Shown piece after piece: positions 18,734 to 27,912 of a DNA stretch of 64,000 bases; within the stretch, counting starts at the first letter, position 1, and every line of letters begins with the position of its first letter. The stretch is from the sequence record NC_055721.1; one strand, 5' to 3'. Under the pieces are notes generated by a model. The model saw only the letters and a program-made list of their open reading frames with translations. It did not search any database and was not told where the DNA came from. The DNA is from Escherichia phage EcS1. Made by a program: the position numbers and the translations under genes.

Positions 18734-19225
18734 CTATAAGCATGTTTTCACCGTTTCGTTAGATTGGACACTGATATAATTATCAGAATACTTACGCTGC
18801 ATAATATAATCGTATGGGTCATCAATATCATAACGCATCCAGAATACGCCCATATTAACGTTATATGGGTCATTGCCAGAAGAACCAGTAGCACGTCCTA
18901 CATCACGACGAGAATAACGATGATGTCCATGTTGGTCATATGCTGTTTCGTAAGAAGTACCAGTGCCAGTGATACCTTCAATAGTGATTTCTTCACCGCC
19001 ATTAGTGATGAACTTAGCACCTTTAGCGAAATGATTTGGGTTACCATTTTCAGATGAGACCATCACGATAACATCTTCAATATTTGGGTCATCATTGTAT
19101 GTTCCAAGATGCCATACTGCTTGATATTGATTTTCTGCAGTAACCGTTGTGATTCGGAACTTCTCGTCCCATACGCCATTAACAAAACGTTTGAACTTAA
19201 TATCATATTTCACTAAAGCACTCAT
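18734..19225 (-). CDS. hypothetical protein
   Basis: 163-aa ORF. Confidence 0.5.
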   Translation of the reverse strand: MSALVKYDIKFKRFVNGVWDEKFRITTVTAENQYQAVWHLGTYNDDPNIEDVIVMVSSENGNPNHFAKGAKFITNGGEEITIEGITGTGTSYETAYDQHGHHRYSRRDVGRATGSSGNDPYNVNMGVFWMRYDIDDPYDYIMQRKYSDNYISVQSNETVKTCL

Positions 19226-19446
19226 GCTGGAACCTTTTTAGTTTTTAAACCATGAACTAAAACAATAATTGCTGCAATAGCACCACCCACCATAATCATT
19301 AACAATGGGTCAATAAAGAAACGTTCTAAAGCTTGATGCCATTCAAGCCATTCCATACGCATACGGAAGAAAGCCATGAATTGTTCACCTTCACGGTCAA
19401 TGAACAGATTCACTATCCACCAATAAGCAAATACAATTGTAGCCAT
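19222..19446 (-). CDS. small membrane protein
   Basis: ORF-track 19222..19527 trimmed to internal Met; hydrophobic. Confidence 0.35.
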   Translation of the reverse strand: MATIVFAYWWIVNLFIDREGEQFMAFFRMRMEWLEWHQALERFFIDPLLMIMVGGAIAAIIVLVHGLKTKKVPA

Positions 19447-19447
19447 T

Positions 19448-19654
19448 TTATTTTCCTCGCTTATACGAGTAGAAACGAGCCTGATAGTTATTATCGAAGA
19501 ACTGCCAACCTTGCCAGATTGCATCATCAGGCTGAAGATTCAGTTCAAAGCCACCTTCTACTTTAGAGATTTCAGTTACGACTGCTGACCATTCAGCAAC
19601 CACTCCAAACCAAATTACATCACCAACTTTAACTTCATTGATAGGCTTTAACAT
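19448..19654 (-). CDS. hypothetical protein
   Basis: 68-aa ORF. Confidence 0.35.
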   Translation of the reverse strand: MLKPINEVKVGDVIWFGVVAEWSAVVTEISKVEGGFELNLQPDDAIWQGWQFFDNNYQARFYSYKRGK

Positions 19655-19713
19655 TTTATTCTCCGGTTCGTTTCAGTACAGCCATCATACCATGTACAAT
19701 GGCTGTTGTAAAC

Positions 19714-20007
19714 TTATAAATTCACTAATCTTTCTCGATCACCACGCCAACTAAGATCAATAGGAATCTTGTGATAAGAAGCAATATCATTTCTATTAGC
19801 CAATAATTTAGAGACCTTAACTTGGGTGTCTTTAATCAATTCCTGAAGTCTTTCACTTGTGGCTGATGGGTTATATTCCTTTTCTATAAAAGAGTCCAGA
19901 ATCATCTTCTCAACTAACGATTTGAACTGTTCTTCAATAAGGTCCGATAAAGGACCTTTTTCGTATTGAGCTTTATTACCAAATACATCTTTACCAGTTT
20001 TAAGCAT
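19714..20007 (-). CDS. hypothetical protein
   Basis: 97-aa ORF. Confidence 0.4.
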   Translation of the reverse strand: MLKTGKDVFGNKAQYEKGPLSDLIEEQFKSLVEKMILDSFIEKEYNPSATSERLQELIKDTQVKVSKLLANRNDIASYHKIPIDLSWRGDRERLVNL

Positions 20008-20013
20008 AAATCC

Positions 20014-20991
20014 TCATTTCAACATTGTTACTTCAGCGATTTCCATCCAGTTATCATGGTCAGTAGCTACGAAGTCTGCTACATAAAGAGCCGTACGGAG
20101 TGAGACGTTACGAAGACGATTAACGTTAGACTTCATCCATTGTAAAGCTTCGATTGTTTCACTGTTTGATAAGCCACGTTTCTGCAACATATCTGTGTTC
20201 ATGATTACATCTTCAACGCGAACCATGATTTCTTCGTTTGAATGAACACCAAGGTCCAAATAAACAGAACGTGAAACCAGAGCTGCAAGATGTGGAGCAA
20301 GTTTAGAACCACGTTCTAATTCTTTGTCAACATCAACGTTAGTGATGAACACAACAGTTCCAGCAAATTCGAATTCTTTATCGATGTCTTTGTCATCAAG
20401 ATAAGACGAAGCAGTGCTCCAACAAACTTTACGAGTCTCACCAGTGTCTAAAGCAGCTTTCAGAAGGTTCAGGATATCCATGTCAGAGAAGATATCAACA
20501 TCATCAATCAGAAGCACATTACCTTCTTCTTTATTGTTCCAGAGTTGTTCGTAGAGACCGATACCTGAAATTTTGCCATTAATGCTTTTGAAAACAATAT
20601 CACCTTTTGCATCAGCACGTTTTAGAGCTTTCTCAAGGCTGTATGTCTTACCAATACCTGCAGCACCAGAGATGATTAAAGAACGAATGTTACCATTTAT
20701 GATACCAGTTGTCATCATGTTCATTACGTTAAAGCGCTTAGTGATACGAGCTTTCATTTCTTCAACTGATTCAACTTCCAGTGGAGAAGTTTCAACACCT
20801 TCCATTTCGATATCAGTTTTGAACACCCATACACCACGTTCTTTGCCATCGATTTGAACGAATACTTTGCCATCTCCCAAGTGTGCTTCATGAGCTGGAA
20901 CCATGTCCGGGAACCAAGTACGAGAAGCAATGTATTTACCAGAGATTTCGTTACCGCGGTAAGTACCTTTATTGATTTGAACGTTGAACAT
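20014..20991 (-). CDS. P-loop ATPase (AAA-like) with N-terminal extra domain
   Basis: Walker A GAAGIGKT, Walker B LLIDDVD, sensor-like TVVFITN; start set to ATG at 20989-20991, downstream of repeated promoter-like element. Confidence 0.6.
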   Translation of the reverse strand: MFNVQINKGTYRGNEISGKYIASRTWFPDMVPAHEAHLGDGKVFVQIDGKERGVWVFKTDIEMEGVETSPLEVESVEEMKARITKRFNVMNMMTTGIINGNIRSLIISGAAGIGKTYSLEKALKRADAKGDIVFKSINGKISGIGLYEQLWNNKEEGNVLLIDDVDIFSDMDILNLLKAALDTGETRKVCWSTASSYLDDKDIDKEFEFAGTVVFITNVDVDKELERGSKLAPHLAALVSRSVYLDLGVHSNEEIMVRVEDVIMNTDMLQKRGLSNSETIEALQWMKSNVNRLRNVSLRTALYVADFVATDHDNWMEIAEVTMLK

Positions 20992-21018
20992 TTTATTTCT
21001 CCAAGTAAGTCTGTTTTG

Positions 21019-21060
21019 TTTCGATGTAGCTATAATAACATGTTTGAAGCAGATGTACAC
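21019..21060 (-). promoter_or_regulatory. early-type sigma70 promoter-like element (repeat copy 1)
   Basis: minus strand: GTGTAC - 17 nt - TGtTATTATAGCT then conserved leader CATCGAAACAA; shared with three other copies. Confidence 0.5.
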
Positions 21061-21062
21061 AC

Positions 21063-21503
21063 TTATTTGCAAAGATTCCACTGAATCAAAGTATATTTTT
21101 CGTTGTAACCAGCTTTTTCCATTTGAGCAGCAAATTCTTCAAAGTTTTTAGAAGATTCAAAGAAATTCACAGCCAATTTAGTAGGCTTAGCAACACGTTT
21201 TTCAGATTTAACTTCAACTGCTTTAACAACTTCAACCACTGGAGCTGATTCAATGATATCACATGAACCATCTGAATAACGAGCCCATACTTCGTTACCA
21301 ACTTTAAACATTGCTGCTTTACGACCGTTAGGCATTTCTACCATTTTACCTTTCAACTTAGTTACTTCAGTAATAACTTTGTCACCATACTCTTCAAAAC
21401 GATCTTTAGCCATTACGCCATCAGTAGAAGCAATCATTGGGAAGTTGAAATGGTAATAAGCAAAATTACGAATTGCATAATAAGTTTTCATTTTTAACTC
21501 CAT
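21063..21503 (-). CDS. hypothetical protein
   Basis: 146-aa ORF directly downstream of promoter copy 2. Confidence 0.5.
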   Translation of the reverse strand: MELKMKTYYAIRNFAYYHFNFPMIASTDGVMAKDRFEEYGDKVITEVTKLKGKMVEMPNGRKAAMFKVGNEVWARYSDGSCDIIESAPVVEVVKAVEVKSEKRVAKPTKLAVNFFESSKNFEEFAAQMEKAGYNEKYTLIQWNLCK

Positions 21504-21516
21504 TTACTTGTTTTGT

Positions 21517-21560
21517 TTCGATGCAGCTATAATAACATGTTTGAAGCAGATGTGTACTTT
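21517..21560 (-). promoter_or_regulatory. early-type promoter-like element (repeat copy 2)
   Basis: same conserved core as copy 1. Confidence 0.5.
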
Positions 21561-21590
21561 TATTTTTGCAAATCTAAAAATAAATGCCCG

Positions 21591-21612
21591 AAAGGGACCA
21601 CAAAGGTCCCTT
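21591..21612 (-). terminator. terminator-like hairpin
   Basis: AAAGGGACC-loop-GGTCCCTTT stem downstream of 21615..21896 ORF, T-rich tract after a short gap on minus strand. Confidence 0.45.
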
Positions 21613-21614
21613 TA

Positions 21615-21896
21615 TTAAGAGTGTTTATTAATCTGATTATGAGCTAGTTTTTTAGGTAAGAACCAAATAGCTTTAAACAAAGATACAATACCAATACAGA
21701 TAGCAATCCATAACCATAACGTCAAGAAGAACCAGAAATCAGTAGCTGTATCAACTACACCACGTTTAATCAGTTGACGAGTAATAATGTAGCCTACTAT
21801 AAAGTAGACAATAAGGATGAACCCAAATAATACCATAAGTGTTATACTCATATTTCGTCCCAATATAACTTGAACTCTATTTGATGACGAGCCCAT
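21615..21896 (-). CDS. membrane protein
   Basis: 93 aa with two to three hydrophobic helices. Confidence 0.4.
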   Translation of the reverse strand: MGSSSNRVQVILGRNMSITLMVLFGFILIVYFIVGYIITRQLIKRGVVDTATDFWFFLTLWLWIAICIGIVSLFKAIWFLPKKLAHNQINKHS

Positions 21897-22042
21897 CTTT
21901 TAAATTTACGAACTTGATTCTTAGTAGGTTTACAAGCAAACTTACTATTCACTCTGAAACCAGTTTCTCTGCAAACAGCTTCAAGATACCAACGTCTGCC
22001 TGTTCGAGGATGAGCTCTCCCGTAAGAGAGCCAGGTTTTCAT
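21848..22042 (-). CDS. hypothetical small basic protein
   Basis: ORF-track 21848..22093 trimmed to internal Met to remove overlap. Confidence 0.3.
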   Translation of the reverse strand: MKTWLSYGRAHPRTGRRWYLEAVCRETGFRVNSKFACKPTKNQVRKFKRWARHQIEFKLYWDEI

Positions 22043-22046
22043 TATA

Positions 22047-23060
22047 CTATCTGTTGTAATAAGCATCATGGTTTTCAAGATAAACCTCTTCAACGAATTT
22101 GTCCCAAAAGCTCATATCGACTTTAGAAGGCATACCGTTCTTGTGAGCCTGAACAGATAAACGCTCTACATCATCTACACAGATTTCTAACCATTCTTGA
22201 ACTTGTTTAAACGGAACAGTACCAGTTTTAACTTTAGTCAAGAATTCAGCATCTTTCAAAGGATATTTCAAGTCGCCAGTTGAATAGATTTCTTGAAGTT
22301 GAATACCACCACGTAATGCATGACTCAAAGCTTTCCAATCGATACCTTGGTTAGCTTCGGCCTTACGAGCACGTTCGCCATATTCGTCCCATAGTTTCAT
22401 GAGAGAATGTTTCATTTCTTTAATTGTGATAGTTGTCTGGAACTTACGGCCCAACACTTCATAGAAATGTTGTTGACCTGATTTATGGTCTGTAAACGTT
22501 GTCCATTCCAGGAATTCACCTAATGGAAGTTGAGAAGCAAAGTCAGACACACGCCAACGATCATTGATACCTTTCTGTTCTGGACGGTCAGAGTATTTCC
22601 ATTCAGGGATAGGTTCGATGACTTCGATTACTTTACGTAGGTCGGCCAGTCTTGAACCCTTTACACCATATTTCGCAGCTTGCTTACGGACATAACCAAG
22701 ATAGGCTTTCATGTCTGTCGTATAGAACTTGCTACGGTTGTCTTGGATAAACTTCCAGATATCAGGCAGGTCAGACTTAACTACAAGATTGCTAGGAGTA
22801 TGAAGCATGTCAAGAGCAACAGTTTCTCCTTCAGCAGCGAGTTTGAAGAAATACTTGAGAGAAAAGAGTTCATGGTCAACGTCATCTTTAGAGTTCTTAG
22901 AAGAACTGTTGTTAGTGTTCAAGTTAGTGTGATTCATTGCCTGGCACATCAAGATATCACGTGGATGTGGCACAAAGATTTCTTTATAGTCGACATCACT
23001 TTCTGGAGTAGATGTGCCATAAAGATGTGAGCCAAAATAACCTTTCATTACTGTTTTCAT
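22047..23060 (-). CDS. Pol-beta-superfamily nucleotidyltransferase (predicted)
   Basis: 337 aa; N-terminal GSHLYGTSTPESDVDY fits the GS-x(9-13)-DxD nucleotidyltransferase signature. Confidence 0.6.
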   Translation of the reverse strand: MKTVMKGYFGSHLYGTSTPESDVDYKEIFVPHPRDILMCQAMNHTNLNTNNSSSKNSKDDVDHELFSLKYFFKLAAEGETVALDMLHTPSNLVVKSDLPDIWKFIQDNRSKFYTTDMKAYLGYVRKQAAKYGVKGSRLADLRKVIEVIEPIPEWKYSDRPEQKGINDRWRVSDFASQLPLGEFLEWTTFTDHKSGQQHFYEVLGRKFQTTITIKEMKHSLMKLWDEYGERARKAEANQGIDWKALSHALRGGIQLQEIYSTGDLKYPLKDAEFLTKVKTGTVPFKQVQEWLEICVDDVERLSVQAHKNGMPSKVDMSFWDKFVEEVYLENHDAYYNR

Positions 23061-23500
23061 AAGTAGATATGTTCCCGTTTAGCGAATTTAACCAGCTCAT
23101 TAGCTTGTTTAATCTTGCCTTCAATTTCAGCTTTATCTGTACTTTTTTTAGAAGTTACTTGAATATTTCCAATTTGCTTATACGTATAGAAATATTCTAC
23201 TTCATGCTGGTGATACATTTCGCCGTCAGGATGTTGTTCACGATTCACTACAGAACGCATCTTAGTTTCAATAATAGGCCAAACCGCCCAATCAGATGGA
23301 GTCTTAATGATTGCAACAGAGATTTTATATTTCTCATACTTGTAGTCATTAATATAACCTAAAATACGTGCAGCAGGATCCATCATCGCAAAACGAATAT
23401 CAGCATGACTTGCACGAGGCATTTGATTCACGATGCTCATTGTGAGCTTCTTTTTAGTCGTTACGATTTCAATATCCACGGATGAATTCCCATTGACCAT
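23057..23500 (-). CDS. hypothetical protein
   Basis: 147-aa ORF, stop overlaps nucleotidyltransferase start. Confidence 0.45.
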   Translation of the reverse strand: MVNGNSSVDIEIVTTKKKLTMSIVNQMPRASHADIRFAMMDPAARILGYINDYKYEKYKISVAIIKTPSDWAVWPIIETKMRSVVNREQHPDGEMYHQHEVEYFYTYKQIGNIQVTSKKSTDKAEIEGKIKQANELVKFAKREHIYL

Positions 23501-23708
23501 TATGATAACGAATCATTGACTCAGGGTCTAATCGACCTTCAGTCACAGAAGTATTGCCTGTAATAATATTATGCTTAACTTTAATTACTTCACCGTTTTC
23601 AAAAGTGAAAATAGCAATAGGGTAAAGAGATATTAAACCTCTTTCGACTGAAGCATTAAACACGGCCTTACGGTCGTTTACTACACAATTACTATATTCT
23701 TTAAGCAT
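23469..23708 (-). CDS. hypothetical protein
   Basis: trimmed ORF. Confidence 0.35.
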   Translation of the reverse strand: MLKEYSNCVVNDRKAVFNASVERGLISLYPIAIFTFENGEVIKVKHNIITGNTSVTEGRLDPESMIRYHNGQWEFIRGY

Positions 23709-24255
23709 TTTGAAGTCCAAAGGCTGCAATAGCTGTGTTATCACGAGGGTTAACCATAGAAGCTTTGCCACGAGGGTCTGTCAAGAACAGAGTACCGTCT
23801 GGAGCTACAGCAACAACTGTATAACACTTACTATCTTTAAACAAAATATCAGAGGCCACTACAGGAGTGAATTCAGGTTCAGACACGCGTTTCATTTTAC
23901 AAGGCATCATAGCTTCGTTGAATGTAACTTTCTCATTGCCAATAGAGTCAACAGACATTTCGCCTAAGTTACTAGCATTCATTGAAGTACTATTAACCAT
24001 AGTGTATGTCTTACCCATAAGGTCAATAATAATCAAATGATTATCGTTAGATGAAAGATGTTGAGCATACATCACAGTTTTACTTGGTGTTTTATGAATC
24101 AAGCGGATAATATACTTAGTCCAATCAGAAATAGAATATCGTCCTCGATCAAGATAGATATTATCACCAACAGCGAACTCTACTAATTTAGTTTTTGATA
24201 CGTTTTTAGAATGACCAATCATTTTGTGTTCCTCAATGAGGGCCTTGCGGCCCAT
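23701..24255 (-). CDS. hypothetical protein
   Basis: 184-aa ORF. Confidence 0.45.
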   Translation of the reverse strand: MGRKALIEEHKMIGHSKNVSKTKLVEFAVGDNIYLDRGRYSISDWTKYIIRLIHKTPSKTVMYAQHLSSNDNHLIIIDLMGKTYTMVNSTSMNASNLGEMSVDSIGNEKVTFNEAMMPCKMKRVSEPEFTPVVASDILFKDSKCYTVVAVAPDGTLFLTDPRGKASMVNPRDNTAIAAFGLQNA

Positions 24256-24260
24256 TTTAA

Positions 24261-24749
24261 TTATTTAGATTTTTCTACATCAATGAATTCAAGGCTCGGG
24301 CAGTATTTAGACTTTTTAGCCTTAATAAAACTTACCAGCAAAGATGGTTCTTTTTCAGGCACGCCTGATTCAATACGTTCACGTCGTTTACGATAGCGAC
24401 GTTCTTCAAAATAATCTTTAATATATTCATAGACCCAATGGGTACCAAATGCAATACCTAAACCCACTGCGATTGTAGTAGCTAACATGATAGCGCCGAC
24501 AATAACACCTGGAACAATAGCACCAATTGTACCTAAATGAATGCCAATATAACTTGCCAGCCAAATAGCTATTTCATGACCTAAGAACCAAGCAAAGAAT
24601 CCAATAATCAAAGCTTTAAATGATGCAAAGCAAGTAAAGAACAAAGTTTTCCAGAAATAAGGACATAATGAAGTAGGAATACGCCATTCACTGTTATTAC
24701 AATAGAACATATTCAGTTTGTAGTGCCAAGAATTACGTTTAATTTGCAT
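24261..24749 (-). CDS. integral membrane protein
   Basis: 162 aa; several hydrophobic helices, basic C-terminal tail. Confidence 0.45.
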   Translation of the reverse strand: MQIKRNSWHYKLNMFYCNNSEWRIPTSLCPYFWKTLFFTCFASFKALIIGFFAWFLGHEIAIWLASYIGIHLGTIGAIVPGVIVGAIMLATTIAVGLGIAFGTHWVYEYIKDYFEERRYRKRRERIESGVPEKEPSLLVSFIKAKKSKYCPSLEFIDVEKSK

Positions 24750-24966
24750 TTAATGCCTCTTTCATTGAAGGAATAACTGAAGTCAGATAACGAACCATTG
24801 CTTCTGCTTCTTGTTTAGTAAATGTAATCGTATCTCGGTCTTGACCAATTATAACGATATCAACGTTTTTAAATTTAGAACGGCTCAAATGAGTCGTTTC
24901 ATTTTTGAAAGGTCCTACATCCGATTTGATTACGGCTTTAGTTCCAATTCCAGTCCATAACAACAT
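24739..24966 (-). CDS. hypothetical protein
   Basis: 75-aa ORF. Confidence 0.35.
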   Translation of the reverse strand: MLLWTGIGTKAVIKSDVGPFKNETTHLSRSKFKNVDIVIIGQDRDTITFTKQEAEAMVRYLTSVIPSMKEALNAN

Positions 24967-24974
24967 AATACACC

Positions 24975-25238
24975 TTAGAGCAAGTTATATTCGGGATCAT
25001 TAGCTTTGATAGCTTCGAGAATGTTATTATAACCTTCAGAATCTTTACGCACAATAGTCATACAATATGGTAATGATTCAGTTTGTTTCACGAAACGTTC
25101 GAGATAATGAACATTAGGTTGGTTCATACCATACATCAATGAACCAGTAGCGCCTTCATATTGGCAAACTTCAACTAGCATTTTATTGTTATATTGGCGA
25201 GATAAAATAAAGTCGCCTACATGAATTTTAGTTGTCAT
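24975..25238 (-). CDS. hypothetical protein
   Basis: 87-aa ORF. Confidence 0.4.
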   Translation of the reverse strand: MTTKIHVGDFILSRQYNNKMLVEVCQYEGATGSLMYGMNQPNVHYLERFVKQTESLPYCMTIVRKDSEGYNNILEAIKANDPEYNLL

Positions 25239-25410
25239 TGAAAACCTCTTTAAGCATCAAATAGAGCTCTTTAGTTTGCTGCTCATCTAGAACAACAAGG
25301 TCTTTAACTTGTTCTAAGGTAATTTTAGGACCACGGTCCATTATGTTGTATTGGCTAACAGAACAAGTAAAATTAGCATCATATGATTTATTGAATATAA
25401 CTTTTTTCAT
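25228..25410 (-). CDS. hypothetical protein
   Basis: 60-aa ORF. Confidence 0.3.
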   Translation of the reverse strand: MKKVIFNKSYDANFTCSVSQYNIMDRGPKITLEQVKDLVVLDEQQTKELYLMLKEVFNDN

Positions 25411-25411
25411 A

Positions 25412-25705
25412 TTACCTCAATTGTGAGTCTTTTGACCCACGGCGGTTGTAGTAGCTTTTAACCATGTTATCAGCCTTGCTTTGACATTCAACACAAAGTA
25501 GACAACCACGAACAGCCTGACGACGAGCCAAAGGAATAGGTTCATCACAATCCTCACAGAATTCATTACTTTCACGTTTTGAAGCAATTTCTAATTCAAG
25601 GCGAGCCCAAGAAACTGCATCATCGATAACGGCTTCACGAGTAGCAAAACCTTCATCACTTGGACCCCATCCGTTCATTATAAGTTCTCCTGATTGAGAG
25701 GACAT
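25412..25705 (-). CDS. DksA/TraR-type C4 zinc-finger protein
   Basis: 97 aa; CEDCDEPIP...RRQAVRGCLLCVECQ with CxxC-x17-CxxC spacing. Confidence 0.55.
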   Translation of the reverse strand: MSSQSGELIMNGWGPSDEGFATREAVIDDAVSWARLELEIASKRESNEFCEDCDEPIPLARRQAVRGCLLCVECQSKADNMVKSYYNRRGSKDSQLR

Positions 25706-25732
25706 CTTATAATGACCTCTCTGTGTTGTAAA

Positions 25733-26278
25733 CTAGTCTTCGTACCAAAAATCAGACCAATCGTTCATTTCTTGTTGCTCAAAATGGTCTTGAGCAGTTA
25801 TACGTTCAGCATAAGCAGCATCATCAGGGTCACTGAACTTGTCATCACGAAGTTCCTGAAGGAACATCATAGCATCTTCTTTAGAAGGCATGACTCGGTT
25901 CAAGTTATGAGCAGAACGATGTTGATGAGCACCATCAAATACACCACAATCAGCAATTGATGTTTCGGTTTCATAAGAACGTTCTTCACCATCTGACATA
26001 TAAACACAGATAATCTTAACAAACATAGCAGTATATGGTGTTGAACTATGAGTACCTAAAGCAACTGGATAAGGCTTACTCAAGATAATGTATTTGCTGA
26101 TTTCAGATTCATCAACTTTAGTGTTAGTACGATTAACTCCGTACACATGATACATGATACGACCTGGGTAGAACTCGGAAACAGATTTGATACGTTTCAT
26201 TTTAATTTCCTCAGTTTGTTTCAGTAGGTCTATAGTATCACGTCCCTCGAGGATGTAAACATCTAAACAAAAAGGCAC
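25733..26278 (-). CDS. hypothetical protein
   Basis: 181-aa ORF. Confidence 0.45.
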   Translation of the reverse strand: MPFCLDVYILEGRDTIDLLKQTEEIKMKRIKSVSEFYPGRIMYHVYGVNRTNTKVDESEISKYIILSKPYPVALGTHSSTPYTAMFVKIICVYMSDGEERSYETETSIADCGVFDGAHQHRSAHNLNRVMPSKEDAMMFLQELRDDKFSDPDDAAYAERITAQDHFEQQEMNDWSDFWYED

Positions 26279-26297
26279 TCCTCTTTTGAGAAGTGCC
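26269..26297 (-). terminator. rho-independent terminator-like hairpin
   Basis: minus strand GGCACT...AGTGCC stem followed by T5, just downstream of 26303..26683. Confidence 0.45.
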
Positions 26298-26302
26298 GAT
26301 AA

Positions 26303-26683
26303 TTATTCCAACGAAAGCAAATATTTCGTTTGGTAACATACGCCTACGATCTCATCGACCGTGTTCTGGATAGCGGATGGTAACGTTTTGTGAATAGTGT
26401 TGGATTCATTTACTATCATGTCCAACATCTTGATTGTGTCAGTCGGGAATGCAGGTTGAGGTGCAGGCACGAATTTTTTGCCACTGAATCCTAACCATTG
26501 TTCGCCAAACTTGTCGGTTAACTCTGGGATTTCACTAAAGAACTTATCATAAGCTTTATGTCTTGAATAGTTCTTAGTTTCGAAATGTGCTGAATGGAAG
26601 TATGATGCTGAAGCAAGCAAAAGACTAATATATGAATCAGCTGGTTCTACTTTCCCATCCTTTATGAACTCATTAAATTTCAT
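26303..26683 (-). CDS. hypothetical protein
   Basis: 126 aa; N-terminus MKFNEFIKDG weakly resembles a capsid targeting sequence. Confidence 0.45.
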   Translation of the reverse strand: MKFNEFIKDGKVEPADSYISLLLASASYFHSAHFETKNYSRHKAYDKFFSEIPELTDKFGEQWLGFSGKKFVPAPQPAFPTDTIKMLDMIVNESNTIHKTLPSAIQNTVDEIVGVCYQTKYLLSLE

Positions 26684-26963
26684 TTTCTAAAGGAACCTTC
26701 ATACGATTAGCGTATTCTTGACCTGCACTTTTCCCATCAATAGAACAGTTGTTATAGCACTCACCTTCTTGTTCTTGCCATTTAGCACTAATAAAAGCAA
26801 AGAACTTTTCGGACTGTTGTTTACTCGGTTCTTTGAACTTAGAATAAACTGTTAATGCTCCTTCAACGTATTGATTGAAACTAGCATCTTGTGCCGATGA
26901 AACTGATGGAGCCAAACAGGCTCCAATTAATATTGTTGTTGATAAAACACGAATAAGGCCCAT
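26673..26963 (-). CDS. secreted or periplasmic small protein
   Basis: 96 aa with signal-peptide-like N-terminus (hydrophobic core, ...SSAQDA). Confidence 0.4.
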   Translation of the reverse strand: MGLIRVLSTTILIGACLAPSVSSAQDASFNQYVEGALTVYSKFKEPSKQQSEKFFAFISAKWQEQEGECYNNCSIDGKSAGQEYANRMKVPLENEI

Positions 26964-26972
26964 AAGGACTCC

Positions 26973-27185
26973 TTATTTTTGCCCTGTATTTTTCTTATGC
27001 TGCAGAACAGCCTTAACCGTAACGAGGTATTTTTCTAGCAATCGACAGTGAATGTAATCAGCTTCGAATCCGTTATCTTTGAAATCTTGTTTAGAAGCAG
27101 CGATAGCCGTTCCTAGCTCACGACGGATTTCATCGAGAGATTCAGTGCGTAGATTACGAAGTTTCTTTTCGCTCAAATATTGCAT
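26973..27185 (-). CDS. hypothetical protein
   Basis: 70-aa ORF. Confidence 0.35.
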   Translation of the reverse strand: MQYLSEKKLRNLRTESLDEIRRELGTAIAASKQDFKDNGFEADYIHCRLLEKYLVTVKAVLQHKKNTGQK

Positions 27186-27231
27186 GTAGACCTCTTAGGT
27201 TAGTTACACAAGTATTTATATTCTTTTACAG

Positions 27232-27576
27232 TTAGTCCCACATCATCTGGGCGACGCCTTTTTCGTACTTACGAGCAGCAATTTCGTCCCAGTTGTAGTC
27301 GGTACCATTTTTCAACGAACTTTTTATTTCCATTTTATGCATATTACGAGGAATAGGCATTGAATATTGAGACCAACGAAGAGTTTTCCAAAAGGAATCA
27401 CGATGGCGTTCTTTCTGAAGCTTCTCAGCTTGAGCAGGCATTTCTAAATTATCTTCAATGTAACGTTTAATGCAATAAGAATCTTTACGTACATGATAGA
27501 AGATATTTGTGTTCTGGTCATTCCACTTTGAAGATGTAGTGCAATGCCAGCCTTTACGACGGATAGTTCTTGACAT
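27232..27576 (-). CDS. hypothetical protein
   Basis: 114-aa ORF. Confidence 0.45.
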   Translation of the reverse strand: MSRTIRRKGWHCTTSSKWNDQNTNIFYHVRKDSYCIKRYIEDNLEMPAQAEKLQKERHRDSFWKTLRWSQYSMPIPRNMHKMEIKSSLKNGTDYNWDEIAARKYEKGVAQMMWD

Positions 27577-27912
27577 ATTAACCTCTGAGTTTACATTAAA
27601 GTAGCTCAGTGGTAATAGAATCCTGATTTAAACATTAGCTGTTCCTTACGATTTCTACAACTATCATAATCATTGCTAGAAAACCCATAGCAGCATAATC
27701 ACTTGTACCAAGTGCAATAAGCGATAGGATAAGCATAGCAATGGAATAGATAATCATATTAACCTCTGTCAATTATTTCATAGATTTCATTTAGCGAATC
27801 ATTACCGTCTCGAGCTATAATAAGTTCTTCAAGACTGATTTCTTTTTCACCACAACCTAACTGTACAAAATGTTCTTTTAAGAGAGAACGTAAAGCTTCT
27901 AGAGCTTCTTGT

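Noticed and set aside
27601-27630. tRNA-like D-arm motif TAGCTCAGTGGTAATAGA
   Set aside because: No acceptor stem, anticodon arm or T arm could be built around it; it lies inside the tail of the 27232..27576 ORF region.
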